A DNA stretch of 63,882 bases, the filler included, from Perkinsus chesapeaki ATCC PRA-425 (lineage: Eukaryota; Protista; Perkinsozoa), in the NCBI GenBank assembly GCA_013115145.1. It is 10 parts of 10 records of this genome, joined end to end, with 100 filler letters (N's around TTAATTAATTAA, not from the genome) between each part and the next. Parts side by side here need not be neighbours in the genome. Positions count along the whole stretch, not along the records: positions 1 to 25,924 come from JAAPAO010000515.1; positions 26,025 to 32,585 come from JAAPAO010001075.1; positions 32,686 to 34,572 come from JAAPAO010001740.1; positions 34,673 to 39,765 come from JAAPAO010001194.1; 6 more parts are not named here. The stretch is one strand, 5' to 3'. Below the pieces are notes generated by a model. It made no database searches. It was not told the origin of the DNA and saw nothing but the letters and a program-made list of their open reading frames with translations. Shown here in pieces: positions 25,728 through 37,710 of this stretch (its first letter is position 1; every line of letters begins with the position of its first letter). A program made the position numbers and the translations under genes.

Positions 25728-25802
25728 AGATGACCAGCTCGAAGAAGTAGATGACAGAAGATCAGAAACGGGGATAACCAGTGTCGACGGTTAGGAAGAA
25801 CT

Positions 25803-25815
25803 CCTTATTCTTAAT
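25803..25815 (-). other. Putative self-priming primer-binding site
   Basis: Minus strand ATTAAGAATAAGG, 2-5 nt after the 5' LTR end, is the exact complement of CCTTATTCTTAAT inside the LTR (25903-25891). It does not begin with TGG. Confidence 0.75.
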
Positions 25816-25817
25816 GT

Positions 25818-25924
25818 TATTGAGGGACCACTGCTGTTGGAACTCAATATGAAGAGATGGGGATTGAAGCGGGTGCGTAACCACGCGACAATTAAGAATA
25901 AGGCAAATGAATACTGAAATGATG
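25818..25924 (-). repeat. 5' LTR, partial (U5/R side; U3 lost in the gap)
   Basis: Identical to 19906-20012 and ends at the N run. Confidence 0.9.
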
Positions 25925-26024
25925 NNNNNNNNNNNNNNNNNNNNNNNNNNNNNNNNNNNNNNNNNNNNTTAATTAATTAANNNNNNNNNNNNNNNNNNNN
26001 NNNNNNNNNNNNNNNNNNNNNNNN
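25925..26024. other. Artificial contig spacer N44-TTAATTAATTAA-N44 (also 32586-32685, 34573-34672, 39766-39865, 42452-42551, 46268-46367, 58926-59025, 60895-60994, 62715-62814)
   Basis: Nine identical 100-bp blocks; the 12-mer places stop codons in all six frames. Confidence 0.97.
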
Positions 26025-27308
26025 TAGGTCTCCATTGCCATGGACTTGCCACAAGGATCAGGGTTACCGTGGACATCCTTCACATCTTTGTTACAGATTG
26101 TCCTAGTTGACACATGCATGCGCATGTTGCTTGGCTTAAACGCCGAGGCTTGGTCAGGGAAACCAAGGAGTATGCCGAATATGAAACGGAGCATGAAAAT
26201 CAGAATCACTAATAGCCAGGGACTGCTGCCTCGGGTCTATATGAGCGAGCTTAACAATAAGTTGTTGTGACTTAAAAGTGATGATTAAGCGCCAGAACGG
26301 CTCAGTCCGTTAGCCCATTTCGCTAGCCTCTAGCTATATCTCGCAACTAGTAGTGGCCCCTACATCTCGGGCTGAGGTCGCGTATCCTAAAAGCCCTATG
26401 AATCCACGTAACGTTTGTTGTATCCTTACAAGTTCTTGAGCCCTAGCAGGAACCTTTGCGAGGCAGTTGTAGTATAGCGGAATAGAGTAGCGGCTCGTCG
26501 AAGATTCACAGTGTGAATTTCACACCTGACCGTGGAGCTTAGATCTGGTGTCACAGCCTCGACCCATGGAAGTTGGTCACGAATCAACGAGCGTTTCCTT
26601 CGAGATGACGATTTGCGAAACAGCTCTTTTAAGCACAAGCTATCGCTCGTATTAGGTAGGACCGAGATCTGAATGCGGTTCACGGAAGGTGCTTCACTAA
26701 GGCAGGGGCGAATCCGGGACGGTCACGGGCCGCCCGTGACCGTCGCGCGCTGTGAACCGCTCCCTTGAGAAGCCGAAGAACCGCTCCCTTGGAGTATGGG
26801 ATCCATACTCCATCAAACGACTCCTCCCAGAAGTACGGGCGATGTGTTCAAATGCAAGGAAGCTCGTTGTCTTTCCCGTAGCGGCATTCCGCTCTTGTCT
26901 TACAGATCTTGGGCACATCATATCATTCAATGCGAGACTTCGGCACGGGGAGGGCGCAAAAGCCATATGATTCGCATTAGTACTGCGTTTGAGTGTTGGA
27001 ATTCTCAGTAATAGTCGTTCGGGTGTACAGTACGCGTTGTCAAAAGACCGAAATTTAGTGTGCAGAGATAGCTTCCACGCCGAGAATCGAATTGCGCCTT
27101 TATTTGCTCCATGTCAATCCCTGAGTCAGGGACTCTGACACATATCTCTGAAGCCTAGTGAGGGACAGAACTTCTATCTCGCAAGAATACAGGTTAACGC
27201 AGTTGAGCCTTTCAAGTTGAGGTCAACCTATCATTGGAAGTTCCAATGCGGAGCAGAAGGAACCTTTAACGCTGGGTAAAGTAATCGCAATCTGCACCTA
27301 AGAGACGC

Positions 27309-27830
27309 ATGATTATGACCCGTATACAAGCCTGTATGACCGCTTGTTTAGTGGGTATTTATCATGCAGGTTTGAGGCCAGAAAAGATCATGAACAGTGC
27401 GGACTTATCCTTCCCGATTGTGCATGGCCGGCTAGTTGCAACATTGTTTATAAAGTCTTCGAAAACTGGCCAGTCCGGTAGAACGGGGGCGATATATGTG
27501 GGATGTGTTGACTACATGATCAGTTCTGCTACAGGTCACCTGTGTATATCATTGCGCATTTCAACGGCTACTGAGGATATCCGCGCAGGAGACTTGCCAG
27601 TAGCAACTTGCCACTTGCAAGTCCTTGTTGCCATTTTTCATGTGGGCGAACTTTCAAGCCATTACGAGTTGTCCCCCGACCTCCGCTGCTTCTTAAGACG
27701 CATTGGCGTCCCACTCTTCAAGCCTTGAGTGTTATCATCCTACATTCTTTACGTCGAACTGGCGTCCAATTGGGGTATGGCTCAGCAGTGCTAGGAGAAC
27801 ATGAGCGCTGACGGTATGATGCTATACATG
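27309..27830 (+). pseudogene. Degenerate tyrosine recombinase of a DIRS-like retrotransposon (the remnant may extend back to ~26025)
   Basis: LVGIYHAGLRPEK (LRxxE-type box), IKSSKTGQSGR (KT motif), and frameshifted HSLRRTG (HSxR box), in YR order. Confidence 0.65.
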
Positions 27831-28748
27831 AATAACTCTGGGGGCATCTATACCCAAGCGAGTTCGTAGCTAAGGATATTGCTCATTGGCTCATGTATAC
27901 TTATTTCCACAGATATGGAATGCGCTCAACTGTTGAGCGAGTGAACGTTCGTTGAGGGAAGGCATGGTAGCAGCGACGGGAGGTGTTCTCGTGTTGCTGT
28001 GGAGCGGACTGGTATCATTAAGAAGGTAGGTCAGGTATAGAATGTGGGTGAATCGTCTATCTGGTGGATAGCTGCCAAGTTGCCAAATTTTTGTCGGCAC
28101 CTTGACCCCCCTGCCAGTGGCAGCGGCACAGCCTTGTTGAGCGCTATGACCTCGAAATTCGACTACCCACCGGGTTTGCTGACTTCGGGCTTCAGTAACG
28201 TACCGCATTCTTCCCTTCTGGCTCATCCTATGCTCCTTTTAACTGTTCCGTGGTCACAAACCACAGCGTAGTTAGGCCTTTACAGAGCTCCGTCATTTCT
28301 AGAGCTTCCCGATGCAGTCTACATCGTTTAGGACATCAAACTCAATTCCGTTTCTCTTTCTCCTTTCGCCAACGACAGCATGTCAGTATTGACAACTATA
28401 ACAACACGTTTCATTTGATAGCACAACTTTCAACGTTCGTCCAATGCGTGCGAGCCATGAAATCTCAGTTACTTCTTCTTCCCTTTTTTCTTTCCTTTCT
28501 CTGAAATATAAATTTAACAAGTTGTGTTCCAACAAACTCTGTTTCGAAAAATCGCTGTGAACCAACAATGGCCACGGGAAAAATGCCCTCGTAATACTGA
28601 TAGTGCATCCCAACGTAACGGCCGTCGGGTTTTGAATCCCGTTAAGGCTGGCTTATAAGAAAACCCGGGTTTCTAATACGATGGGAAATGTACTTCGGAA
28701 TACTGCATTCAACCGACGGTCACCCGACACTCAGCCAGCATGCACGTT

Positions 28749-28828
28749 GGGAGAGGAGGTTGGCCGAGTGGTCAAGGCGAACGTCCGATTGTGTTTCCCA
28801 TCGTGGTAGGTGTCGCCTTGCCTCTCCC
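28749..28828 (+). pseudogene. tRNA-Ser/Leu-like relic
   Basis: A-box-like TGGCCGAGTGGTCAAGGCG, complementary ends GGGAGAG/CTCTCCC and a short variable-arm hairpin. The T-loop (TGTCG) and anticodon stem are defective. Confidence 0.35.
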
Positions 28829-28834
28829 TCGCAT

Positions 28835-31300
28835 TCAATTAAAAGCATTCTGATACGTGCGGTACCCAACGAACTCACTGGCAGCTTTCCTTTCCTCTGC
28901 TTCCTGCATGAGCTCATCTTCTATCCGCATATCCTGACACAGCACAATCGCCAACCAAATGCAATTCCCAAGATCCGGACTAACACTGATTCTCAGTGAA
29001 GCCATTTGATGATAGTACAACCTACTTACTTGAAGGGCGCGATTATCCACTTCAGCCTTCCAATCTTCATAATAGCCGCGAACACGCTCAGATCGCCTAT
29101 TTTCGATGCCGCAAATGGTAATCTGGAATAAATAGAGCTGCAAAATTTGCAGTGCAAATGCCCGAGTAACATCGGTCAGCATTGGGAATATGACTTCTAC
29201 TTTGTACGAGCTTAATACATAAATAAATGGATATACTTCGTATATAGCATTTCAATCACATTTTTCCAACTATTTTCGGGACCACTTCATGCGGCTCTGT
29301 CATACGCACATTCTAACACTGTACGTGGCCCATGTACAGTGTTAGAATGAAGCCTTGCTTGGTAGCCAGCGTACCCATGCTACATGGGCGGCAGGGAGTG
29401 CTGGTTGGATTCCAACTTTTTCGAGCCCATCAAATGATGAAGTCGCTGATTCAGACTCGTGAGTATGTTCAACTGACTTTTCAATTGCAAAAGCAGTGTA
29501 GATGAAGTTGTATGCCACGAAAAACTTTCTTTGCCAAATCTTACCCGCTCTTTCTCGACAGCATCGAGCCAATCGCGTGTTTGGTCATCAGATCCTTGCA
29601 TTTTCATTCTTTCCCGTCTCTCCACCACTCGCCTTGAATGAAGCTCAGCGGCATTCTCATCAACATACCTCTGAACTGCTCGCATCTGAATCACACAATG
29701 CCCAAGTGCCAAAGTTTTTCTCAAATCAGCCAAGTCATCAAACAGTTACTATTTTTATACCTAATCACTTCACTATCATATTAACAGCTTTACAACTTCT
29801 AACATGATCAACCAAAAGAACACTTCACTGACAACTTTGTTTCGACCATCACAGTAAATAGGGCATACGATTCCAGATATGTCTCATAGTGATTTAACTG
29901 TCAGATTGAGGGCTGTCCTTAATGAGCCCAGTTACCAATGATATAAGGTATCATTCCATGTTCCAGCCACCCGAGCTAATGTAGACATTTTATATAACAT
30001 AACAATGCATCTCGTACCCTGAACTCACTGAGCTTGCTCCTCTCCCCGCTACACACCTGTACTCGCTACGCGGAATTTCGCTAAACGAATCTCACTAGGC
30101 CGACTTGCGCCCAAACAAATGAAATATTATAAAATCCATACCATGCTTCGTCCAGTAATCCTCACCTGTTCCACAGAAAGCGAGTTCTCCGTAACGTCCA
30201 TAACAACCGGATATGGCGGGCAGTGCAACTGTGTTTTTCGACTTCTCAAATATTCCAAAAGATATTCCCCGCCAGATGAACTTATGCCGTTACGGCCGAG
30301 CAACAGAACCTAGTTAACATCAATCACCAGGAAGTCATCCAGCGGAAGATACTATCTGCTAAACCGCAAATTCTATCACTGATAGGACTGGTAGCATATC
30401 AGTGCCGGAATCCAGCCTCGCAAAAATGTACTTCTCAGGAATCAAGAAGTGTTCCCTTTGGAGGGAAGAAGAATGTTCTTCGCAAGCCTTCACGTTTGAG
30501 GCTCAAACACATTCCTTCTGGGAGCATCACACTTTCCTATTCACAGCGATCGCTAATCGGTAGTTTCACTCCTCCAGCAGCCCAGCGGCGAGCGCTCGAC
30601 TGCGTCTTCAACTTTAACCCCTAAGGAGTTCTCTCTTGTCATATAACTGCTTTCTATATAGTGCATAAAAAATTTCTATGCAGGTAGGTACGGTGCCACG
30701 CTACTATGTAGTAGATTTTGTATTTTCATGAGCTGATAAGTTCTGGATCTCCCTGAGATCACCTATCGAACAGGGTCAATAGTTCGCACGGAGATAATCA
30801 CTCCGTCTCTTACGGACGCGTCACGAGTTTTACTCCTGAAGCTATTGAGACCCATTTGATAGCGTCATTCCAGACTCAACAGTTGCTTCAATTCCAAGTC
30901 GACTTTTCCCAAAAGAGTAATGTTGCTATATAACATTATTGTTAGGATGCTAATATTTGTTATTTCTCTCAAGTAAGTTCTGTACTGTCAGTCAAGCACT
31001 TCTGGTAATTCGTTGATTTTTCCTACTTGACATAATTTGTTATCTTTGTCAAACAGAGTCGACTCTAGTCCGCCGCAACACACAATGAGAAATGTGTCTC
31101 ACCATCAGACTATTATTTTTTGTTAAACCTCGGGCAAGTTCCGCGACTCCGCTCTGATCACGTCCAGATGCGGTGAGATCATTATCTCGTAAACTAAGAT
31201 ACTTCAAACTTGTATTATCGGCGATGACCTGGCGAAAACACACACTACGAAGAACGTGAAGGCCATCAATATTCCTCAAGACGGAAACAGTGAGCTCTTG
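28835..31300 (-). CDS. Leucine-rich-repeat (RI-like) plus coiled-coil protein, multi-exon; start unresolved
   Basis: Exon SLKYLSLRDNDLTASGRDQSGVAELARGLTKNNSL is a typical RI-type LRR. Charged helical exons lie at 29733-29380 and 29100-28835, separated by short GT-AG introns. Confidence 0.6.
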
Positions 31301-32999
31301 GCAAAGAGACCAGAAAAATCGATTTCAGAAAATCGTGGAAGGAAAATGTTTATAATATTTTAGATCATATAGTTTTGTATTATATATGCTTGAGAAATAT
31401 TCAACGACGCGATTTCCCCCCGATTAGCATCCCGCCATTCGAGCCAGGTCTCATCAAGTCTAAAAAAATGCTTCACAATTTGCTCCTAAAATTAAAAAAG
31501 TTGCATAACGGTTTGGCTCGCACTGTATGTAGAAGTATAATATATTCTCAAACAAATAAACAAATGAATTTTCTCAAAAATATACTACCGAAGCGGAAAG
31601 GTGCTAGTAGTATCATACAACCGTCCCCTTCCGTAGAGGACGGACAGTATCTCTCTTCTGGATAACGCTTCCCTTCCGGGTCCCGGAAGGGTGTTGATCT
31701 GCTAACTCGAGCGCATCTTCCCCAAAAACAGTTCTTATTTTATTAGCGGGAATTGTTCTATTGCATCACCCTGGAATTAGCACCATACCAACCCACCTCG
31801 CCCAGTATTCGTGCCGTGTTGAGGCCGAGACCGTTCCCTTCTAGATCGACATGCTCAAGAGTTCGATTAACTCCTAGCATCGTCGCGAATGCCACGCCAT
31901 CTTCATCGCAAAGATTCTTTCGAGCCTGCCAAGAACACTATTCCCTAGTCTTTATTGAACAGACGGAGTAATTGCGAACCGTATACTGTCATTTTACTAA
32001 CACTCTACGCGTGCGTGAGTAGAAATATCAAGCTCTCAAGAGCTTCCAAAAGCCGCACATTTCGCAAAGATATTCGCCCCCCCTCAAAGAGTTATTCAAA
32101 AAAGCACATTTTTGGGGTCACCCTGTACATGTTACTAATTGCATAGCAATATTCCTTGACCAGCATAATCGTTCTACAGCCTCGATCCACCCAAGACGCA
32201 AAGACGGGACAGGAATTGTGCAACAAGTATATAACATTAAACATATACCTTTATGCTCTTACCAGCGTTATCGTCCTACAGCTTGAGTTCACAGTAAGGG
32301 CATTGCAGAGAAGTCGAAACCGTACACTTTCAAGCTCGATACCTGACAATCACTACTTGGTAACCACCAATACATTAGAACTAATATTACTAATGCGGTA
32401 CAAATTAAGTAGTCCATTAGCAGGTCTAAAAAAGCTATTTTTTCACCCTGGCAATTAATCGGCCAAGTCGATCTCGCCCGATACAGGCGGCCCGAGGAAG
32501 CAAATCAACACAATCAAATGGCCCGTGCTCGGTTGCTCAACAGTAGTGGGCGTTGGGACATGCTGGTCAGGGGCAGGAGCACTCGNNNNNNNNNNNNNNN
32601 NNNNNNNNNNNNNNNNNNNNNNNNNNNNNTTAATTAATTAANNNNNNNNNNNNNNNNNNNNNNNNNNNNNNNNNNNNNNNNNNNNTCTAGTACTTTTCGA
32701 GCGTGGCCAATCCAATCGAAGTTATCTTGTCCTCCCACATCGCGGTCGCCCACTGGCTCCCCGCACTGGTCTACCAGCTCTGAAGTTCTCTCACTCCGAC
32801 CTCTTTTCCACTTAGACCGCCTTTCGCGCAGCTTTTCCCTCGAACGCCTCCGTCCGACCATGCCAAAGGAAGGGAAAACGTTCTAAACGCACTATCCAAG
32901 TCAAACGAGATACCCCTACTGGTAACACAACGCCGTCAAAATAAACGAAACACTCGTCACCTATCATAAGTATCTTCAGGCTCCATCGAAAGTAGTTAG

Positions 33000-34058
33000 T
33001 TACTTGGTCCTAGTCCTTTTCCCATCGCCTTGAGCAGAATGCTGGCGCGGTGTAAACGGACAGCCCTTAATCTTCAGGAGTTTACACTCTTCCCTCGAAT
33101 AGGGACATGTACCATTCCTGCGCTTAGGCGCCTGCGTCGCACTCGAACTCCCAGAGCTCTTACGATCCCTGTCGCCAGTAGCACCACGATTAGCGCCGTC
33201 ACCTCCAGACTGGGTTCCACTCGACTTAGCCGGAATCTTCGCTGGGGGAAGGTTGCAGCTACTCGCATATGCCTTCACCAACAATTCTTCATCTCTTCCA
33301 GTGCATAGGCACTCGGCTACACTCTCGCAGTAGCTCTTCCCAGTAAGGTTGGCCAGCTTCGAGGCATTGATCACCAAACGTTGACGGAAAGCCCTGTCAT
33401 ATTGGATCGTCGCAGCCGGGCCGTGACCCGTACATAACACTGTCAACTTGTTGATATAGTTAGTCGTTACAGACAGTGTCGTTTCCGATAACACTTCTAT
33501 ACCAACTAGGACCGGCGTTAGAGCCGTAATTAACTCCTCAAAGGAAGTTGGCTCCTTACCGATCCCTGCCATCACCCAAATAGGTTTACCATCAAGACCA
33601 ATAGCTTGCTTCTGATTGACACCGTCCTTGTCGATAGCAGTCTCACGACGAACCTTCAACGGAATGTAAGTCGCAATATCACCGGCCAACAATTGCAAAA
33701 CTGACAGGTCGGGGGTCATGTCCGCAGTTAACTTGCCGAACCTACGCTCGGCCTTCACCAGGAAGTTTGACACCGTAGGCTTGGACTTCTGTTGCGGGTT
33801 ACCGGCTTGTTCGATCAATGACCTAATCTTAAATGCCCTAGCTTCACGGATCACTGCTTGACCCGGATTCTCATGCGCAGGGGCTGGGGCCAATACATTT
33901 ACTATGGTTCTCTTCATGTCAGTGTCCTTCGCCAGAGCGGGTAGGTCGCTTGGCGCGAAACCCAAGACCACCAAACGCTCGATGATAGCATCACGAAGCT
34001 CGATGGCACAGTCAGCGGGGAACGCCTTACGAAAGGCCAAGACGTTCTGGTTAGCCAT
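33000..34058 (-). CDS. Gag-like ORF1 of a DIRS/Ngaro-type tyrosine-recombinase retrotransposon
   Basis: Intronless ORF with NYINKL...IQYDRAFRQR (the YDxxFR pattern seen in DIRS-type gags) and a basic C-terminus with a Cys/His cluster (CPYSREEC...CPFTPRQH). The downstream part is lost in a gap. Confidence 0.55.
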   Translation of the reverse strand: MANQNVLAFRKAFPADCAIELRDAIIERLVVLGFAPSDLPALAKDTDMKRTIVNVLAPAPAHENPGQAVIREARAFKIRSLIEQAGNPQQKSKPTVSNFLVKAERRFGKLTADMTPDLSVLQLLAGDIATYIPLKVRRETAIDKDGVNQKQAIGLDGKPIWVMAGIGKEPTSFEELITALTPVLVGIEVLSETTLSVTTNYINKLTVLCTGHGPAATIQYDRAFRQRLVINASKLANLTGKSYCESVAECLCTGRDEELLVKAYASSCNLPPAKIPAKSSGTQSGGDGANRGATGDRDRKSSGSSSATQAPKRRNGTCPYSREECKLLKIKGCPFTPRQHSAQGDGKRTRTK

Positions 34059-35081
34059 AGAGTTAAACAAAGGGATAAAAGAGGGAACCACTAACAGGAC
34101 AACGGGGAAACACCTCATGAACGTACGCTACCCAACTAAGAGCGAACCGTAGTAGTGTGGTAAACATTGTAGTAACACTTTAGTAAGAGTGTGAGTATCA
34201 AGGTCTTCAAGTAGGTGGGAGGCATAAGACGGTCCTCGCAGATCTCGCTCAAAGACGAATCCCGCTCGCGTCTGCCTGGAACTTTATTCCAGGATATATC
34301 GTCTAGGTGACACATCTTGTCACCTCAACCCCAATCCTCAGGATCGCGTTCTAGACGCATTCCCTCAAGGAGCTCACTGAGCGCTGCTCGTGCCGATTCT
34401 CGGCTTACGGGAGCCACTGCTCCCAAAGCCCTTACGGCGAATCATTAGTAGCCCACGGCTACCAGCCTCTCATACTTCAAGGTGAACCTCCAGACACCAC
34501 TCACACATACTCTCAGTATACACGTAAGCACAAAAGAAACAAGCTATAAAGAAAACAAAACCAAAAAAAAAANNNNNNNNNNNNNNNNNNNNNNNNNNNN
34601 NNNNNNNNNNNNNNNNTTAATTAATTAANNNNNNNNNNNNNNNNNNNNNNNNNNNNNNNNNNNNNNNNNNNNGATTTGAGAGACAGGGTAATCATAGCGA
34701 TGGATGAGATAAATTATCACCGCGTGATTGAACGCTATGGAACCCATTACACATTACCCATTACACCGAATCTAAAGGATACACGGAGCAAAGGTTGAAT
34801 GCAAGGTAACCGGGATGTTTGGTAGATAGAGTATGTCTGCCCACCTTATCGGTCACATCTGTGTTGGCTTTATGCTTACGATGTGAACTTTCCCCTTGTT
34901 CACTATAGCTTGCGGATGAACGTGACCATTGCCTTCGACAGATGTTAGAAGATCTCTCATAACTGGTTTATATCATCCCTTACGAGTCCCTCCATCATTT
35001 GCTGACACGTTGTCGACAATCCTAACTCTAAACCGGCTTACGAGCAATGCACTTCCAACTTTACTACCAAGAATAGCTGGC

Positions 35082-35183
35082 ATTTTTTCAAAGATAAATT
35101 TCGAACGCTCCAATGGAAATAACCATGCGCTCATGCCTACTACACGCTCAGCCGTTCAAGCGATTGTCTGATATTGTGAGTCT
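35082..35183 (+). repeat. ~100-bp dispersed direct repeat, copy 1 (copy 2 at 39593-39694)
   Basis: Both copies share GATAAATTTCGA..CGCT.CAATGGAAAT.ACCATGC.CTCATGCCTAC...CGCTCA.CC.TTCAAGCGATTGTCTGATATTGTGAGTCT; offset 4511 bp. Confidence 0.85.
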
Positions 35184-35599
35184 GGATTTTGATTAGGTTC
35201 ATGAAGGTTTTGCACTCGGCTTAGAGCGGCTGCCACGCCCGCAAACTATCGAGTACGTTTTTCGCGGTGAGCATTACTTAGAATGCAAAAGAAGGCCTTT
35301 CTACTTTGCGAAGGCATCGAGTCATTACATAATCGCGCTTTCCCTCAAATCAAATCTTGATAGGTCACGCTATTTCGCAGCGTCATTCTTATAACGTTTT
35401 CTCATCTCCTGGGAGGTACGCTACTAGAACCACGCTGTACTACTAACCCTGTTTTCCTGCGACGCTACTATCGTGTGCAATCTCGGTGTACGGTAGCACC
35501 TCAGGATCAAAAGCATCGGTGTCGCAGGTGTCGCATTGCACCCAAATTCAGCGATCTATCGATGTAACGATCTACACTCATCAGGCTTAGTGCATGCCA

Positions 35600-37710
35600 A
35601 CATTGGGCATCATTGAGCCAATGTCTACCCATTGACTTCGACCATGGCACGCGCATAACTTTCTCAGAAAATCTTATTATTATCCATCATCACCTATACC
35701 AATCCTTAGTGGATCGGTCTACCAGGCTTAATGGATCCTGCGACACCTCGAGAAGAGGTCTCAATGGGCCGATCCTTGAAATCATAGAAGTGCTTGAGCA
35801 CTGAGTGGTGCCACACCAGCCACTAAAGCCGTCACACTGTACTGCGCTCTGGCCGACCTGTCGTCTGCGTGATGGACAGGTGTCAAAGTATACCCGAAGG
35901 CGAGATGCATGGCTACCTCCTACCGGAGACGATAATAGCGGTAGGAACCGAGACCTCCTGGGTCGTGTGGCCAGCTGACAGGAATCGGCGAGCATGGCTG
36001 AATGACCAAAAGAATTCACGCACGTGGGCTCCTAATCCGGGACAAATCAAGCACCACCAGTGGCTCCTCCGCTTTCTCCTTAGCTCTCCCTTCAAGAAAA
36101 GATCGGGAGGAAGATCAGAAGTAAGAGGATAGAGTTGCTTCCTCCCAACATTAGCAAGTTAGTCAGCAAGCTCATTACCCCCGACTCCTTTACGGCCAGG
36201 ACATCAACGGATCGACACGTTGATGCCTTGGCATGGAACAATAATGTCCCTGGCCAGCGCGCACTTTTCAGCAGTATGCCGAGGACTTGATAGCCGCTTG
36301 GCTATCAGTAAATATGTACCACCGCGTTCCGGGAAAGACTTGGAAGTGACCGGCGGTAGACCGTAGCCACCGCAGAGCATCGCGGATGGCTGTTAGTTCA
36401 CACTGGGCTATAGAGCAGAAACCCGGCAACCTGTAAAGTAGGCCTGGTGCACCAGCTTGTTATGCACGAAGGCAATAGTACCTCCGCCGCTACTCTCGCG
36501 GAATTTGAAGCCGTCTGTGAAGGTGGCACAGTGGCGTCCGCATTCCGTAGCGCGCTCTATGGCTCTTTCCCTGGATTCAATCGCAAGATTGACCGTAGGG
36601 GACCATGAAGGGAGGGGATGAAGAAGACGGGTGTCAGGCTTCCATACCATCTCACTGTACCTGCCAGGGCAGTCTCTCAGGGGCAGCACTGGCATCATCC
36701 AATCTTGCTGAACCTTAAGGAGGGGCAGGAGTTGAATGTGCGCGGGCAGGAGCCCTGCTAATAGTGACTGCCGCATACGAGCAAGTGCGAGGTGCACGCA
36801 GCACTATGCGCGCAGCCATACCGGACACCGAGTCTACCAATTTCTGAGTCCATGAGAAGTGTAAAACATCTCCCCATGCCGACATCCCATGGGAGAGGTG
36901 CGGAAAGACTTCGTGGCGGTAGGTACGAGCGGCTTTCTTGTGAGTTATAGCAGCTCTAACTCAGCCTAAGCCGACTAGGCAGGCTAGCGTCTAGACCAGG
37001 CACTCGGACACCTTTTTACGCAGGTGAGGCCTACAGGTCAGTCTTTTGTCAAGAAAGACCCCTAGGACTCTCAACGTGTCGGCCATGGCGATCTTCGACC
37101 CCTAGCAGGTAGGCGAGAACTTCCTAGAGGAAAGGACGTAGCGGTTGTCCGGAGACATGTAAAAATCCCGACCGACGGCACCAGCGGTCGAGGTTGACTA
37201 TTGTCATGTCATCAGCGAACAAGGAAGAGGTTCCCGAAGCTCCCTCAAAACTCCTGTTCGCACGCGACAGGCTGATCGTGCTCGCCACAAATAGAGGGGG
37301 CCCAAGTATAGAGCCTTGAGGCACCCCCCTTTCAAGGTAATCCCAGCGGAATGTGCTCTGAAGCTTAGCGAGACCGTTTGATTGGTCAGCCAGCTTAAGA
37401 TTAGGTCTACCAAGTATTTGGAGATCCCCATCTGCCGGAGTCCCGCCAGGGTGAAGCTATGCCTAAGGGGACTAAAAGCATTGGACATATCAAGAGCCGT
37501 CAAGGCCGTAACCTTTCCGGCATCTTGATGGCGGTCCAAGCCCACCCTGTGGGCTTTTATAGTATCACGCAGGGCAGTATAACAGCTGCGCCCGCGGATA
37601 AATCCATGTATAGCTGGAGAACAAAAATGATCCCCAAGCTGATGGATTAAGCGCTCCGCCAGTACTTGCTCAAGGAGTTTAGAGCAAACACTGAGGAGAC
37701 CCACCAACGC
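35600..37710 (-). mobile_element. Decayed, 5'-truncated non-LTR retrotransposon (LINE) with RT and RNase H; ends approximate
   Basis: LLSVCSKLLEQVLAERL, HGFIRGRSC, LDMSNAF, PQGSILGPPLF, LFADD; then RNase H ATFTDG..SGGG, SDSQAA, GNELAD. Multiple frameshifts and stops. Confidence 0.88.

Larger units (their letters stand above)
19906..25924 (-). mobile_element. Ty3/Gypsy LTR retrotransposon, apparently intact; 5' LTR cut by an assembly gap
   Basis: Direct repeats at both ends (107 bp identical between 19906-20012 and 25818-25924), a purine tract next to the 3' LTR, and a single gag-pol ORF in the order PR-RT-RH-IN. Confidence 0.95.

Noticed and set aside
25769-25780. tRNA primer-binding site TGGTTATCCCCG
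   Set aside because: It lies about 37 nt from the LTR and its complement does not resemble a tRNA acceptor/T-arm end.
20243-25794. Antisense and alternative-frame ORFs over gag-pol
   Set aside because: No motifs; expected by-products of a long GC-richer coding region.
25969-25980. TTAATTAATTAA as a biological motif, and ORFs running into X residues
   Set aside because: It is an identical artificial spacer at every gap.
36360-36369. Spliced-leader 10-mer ACCGTAGCCA
   Set aside because: It is antisense within LINE RNase H coding sequence and the rest of the leader is absent.
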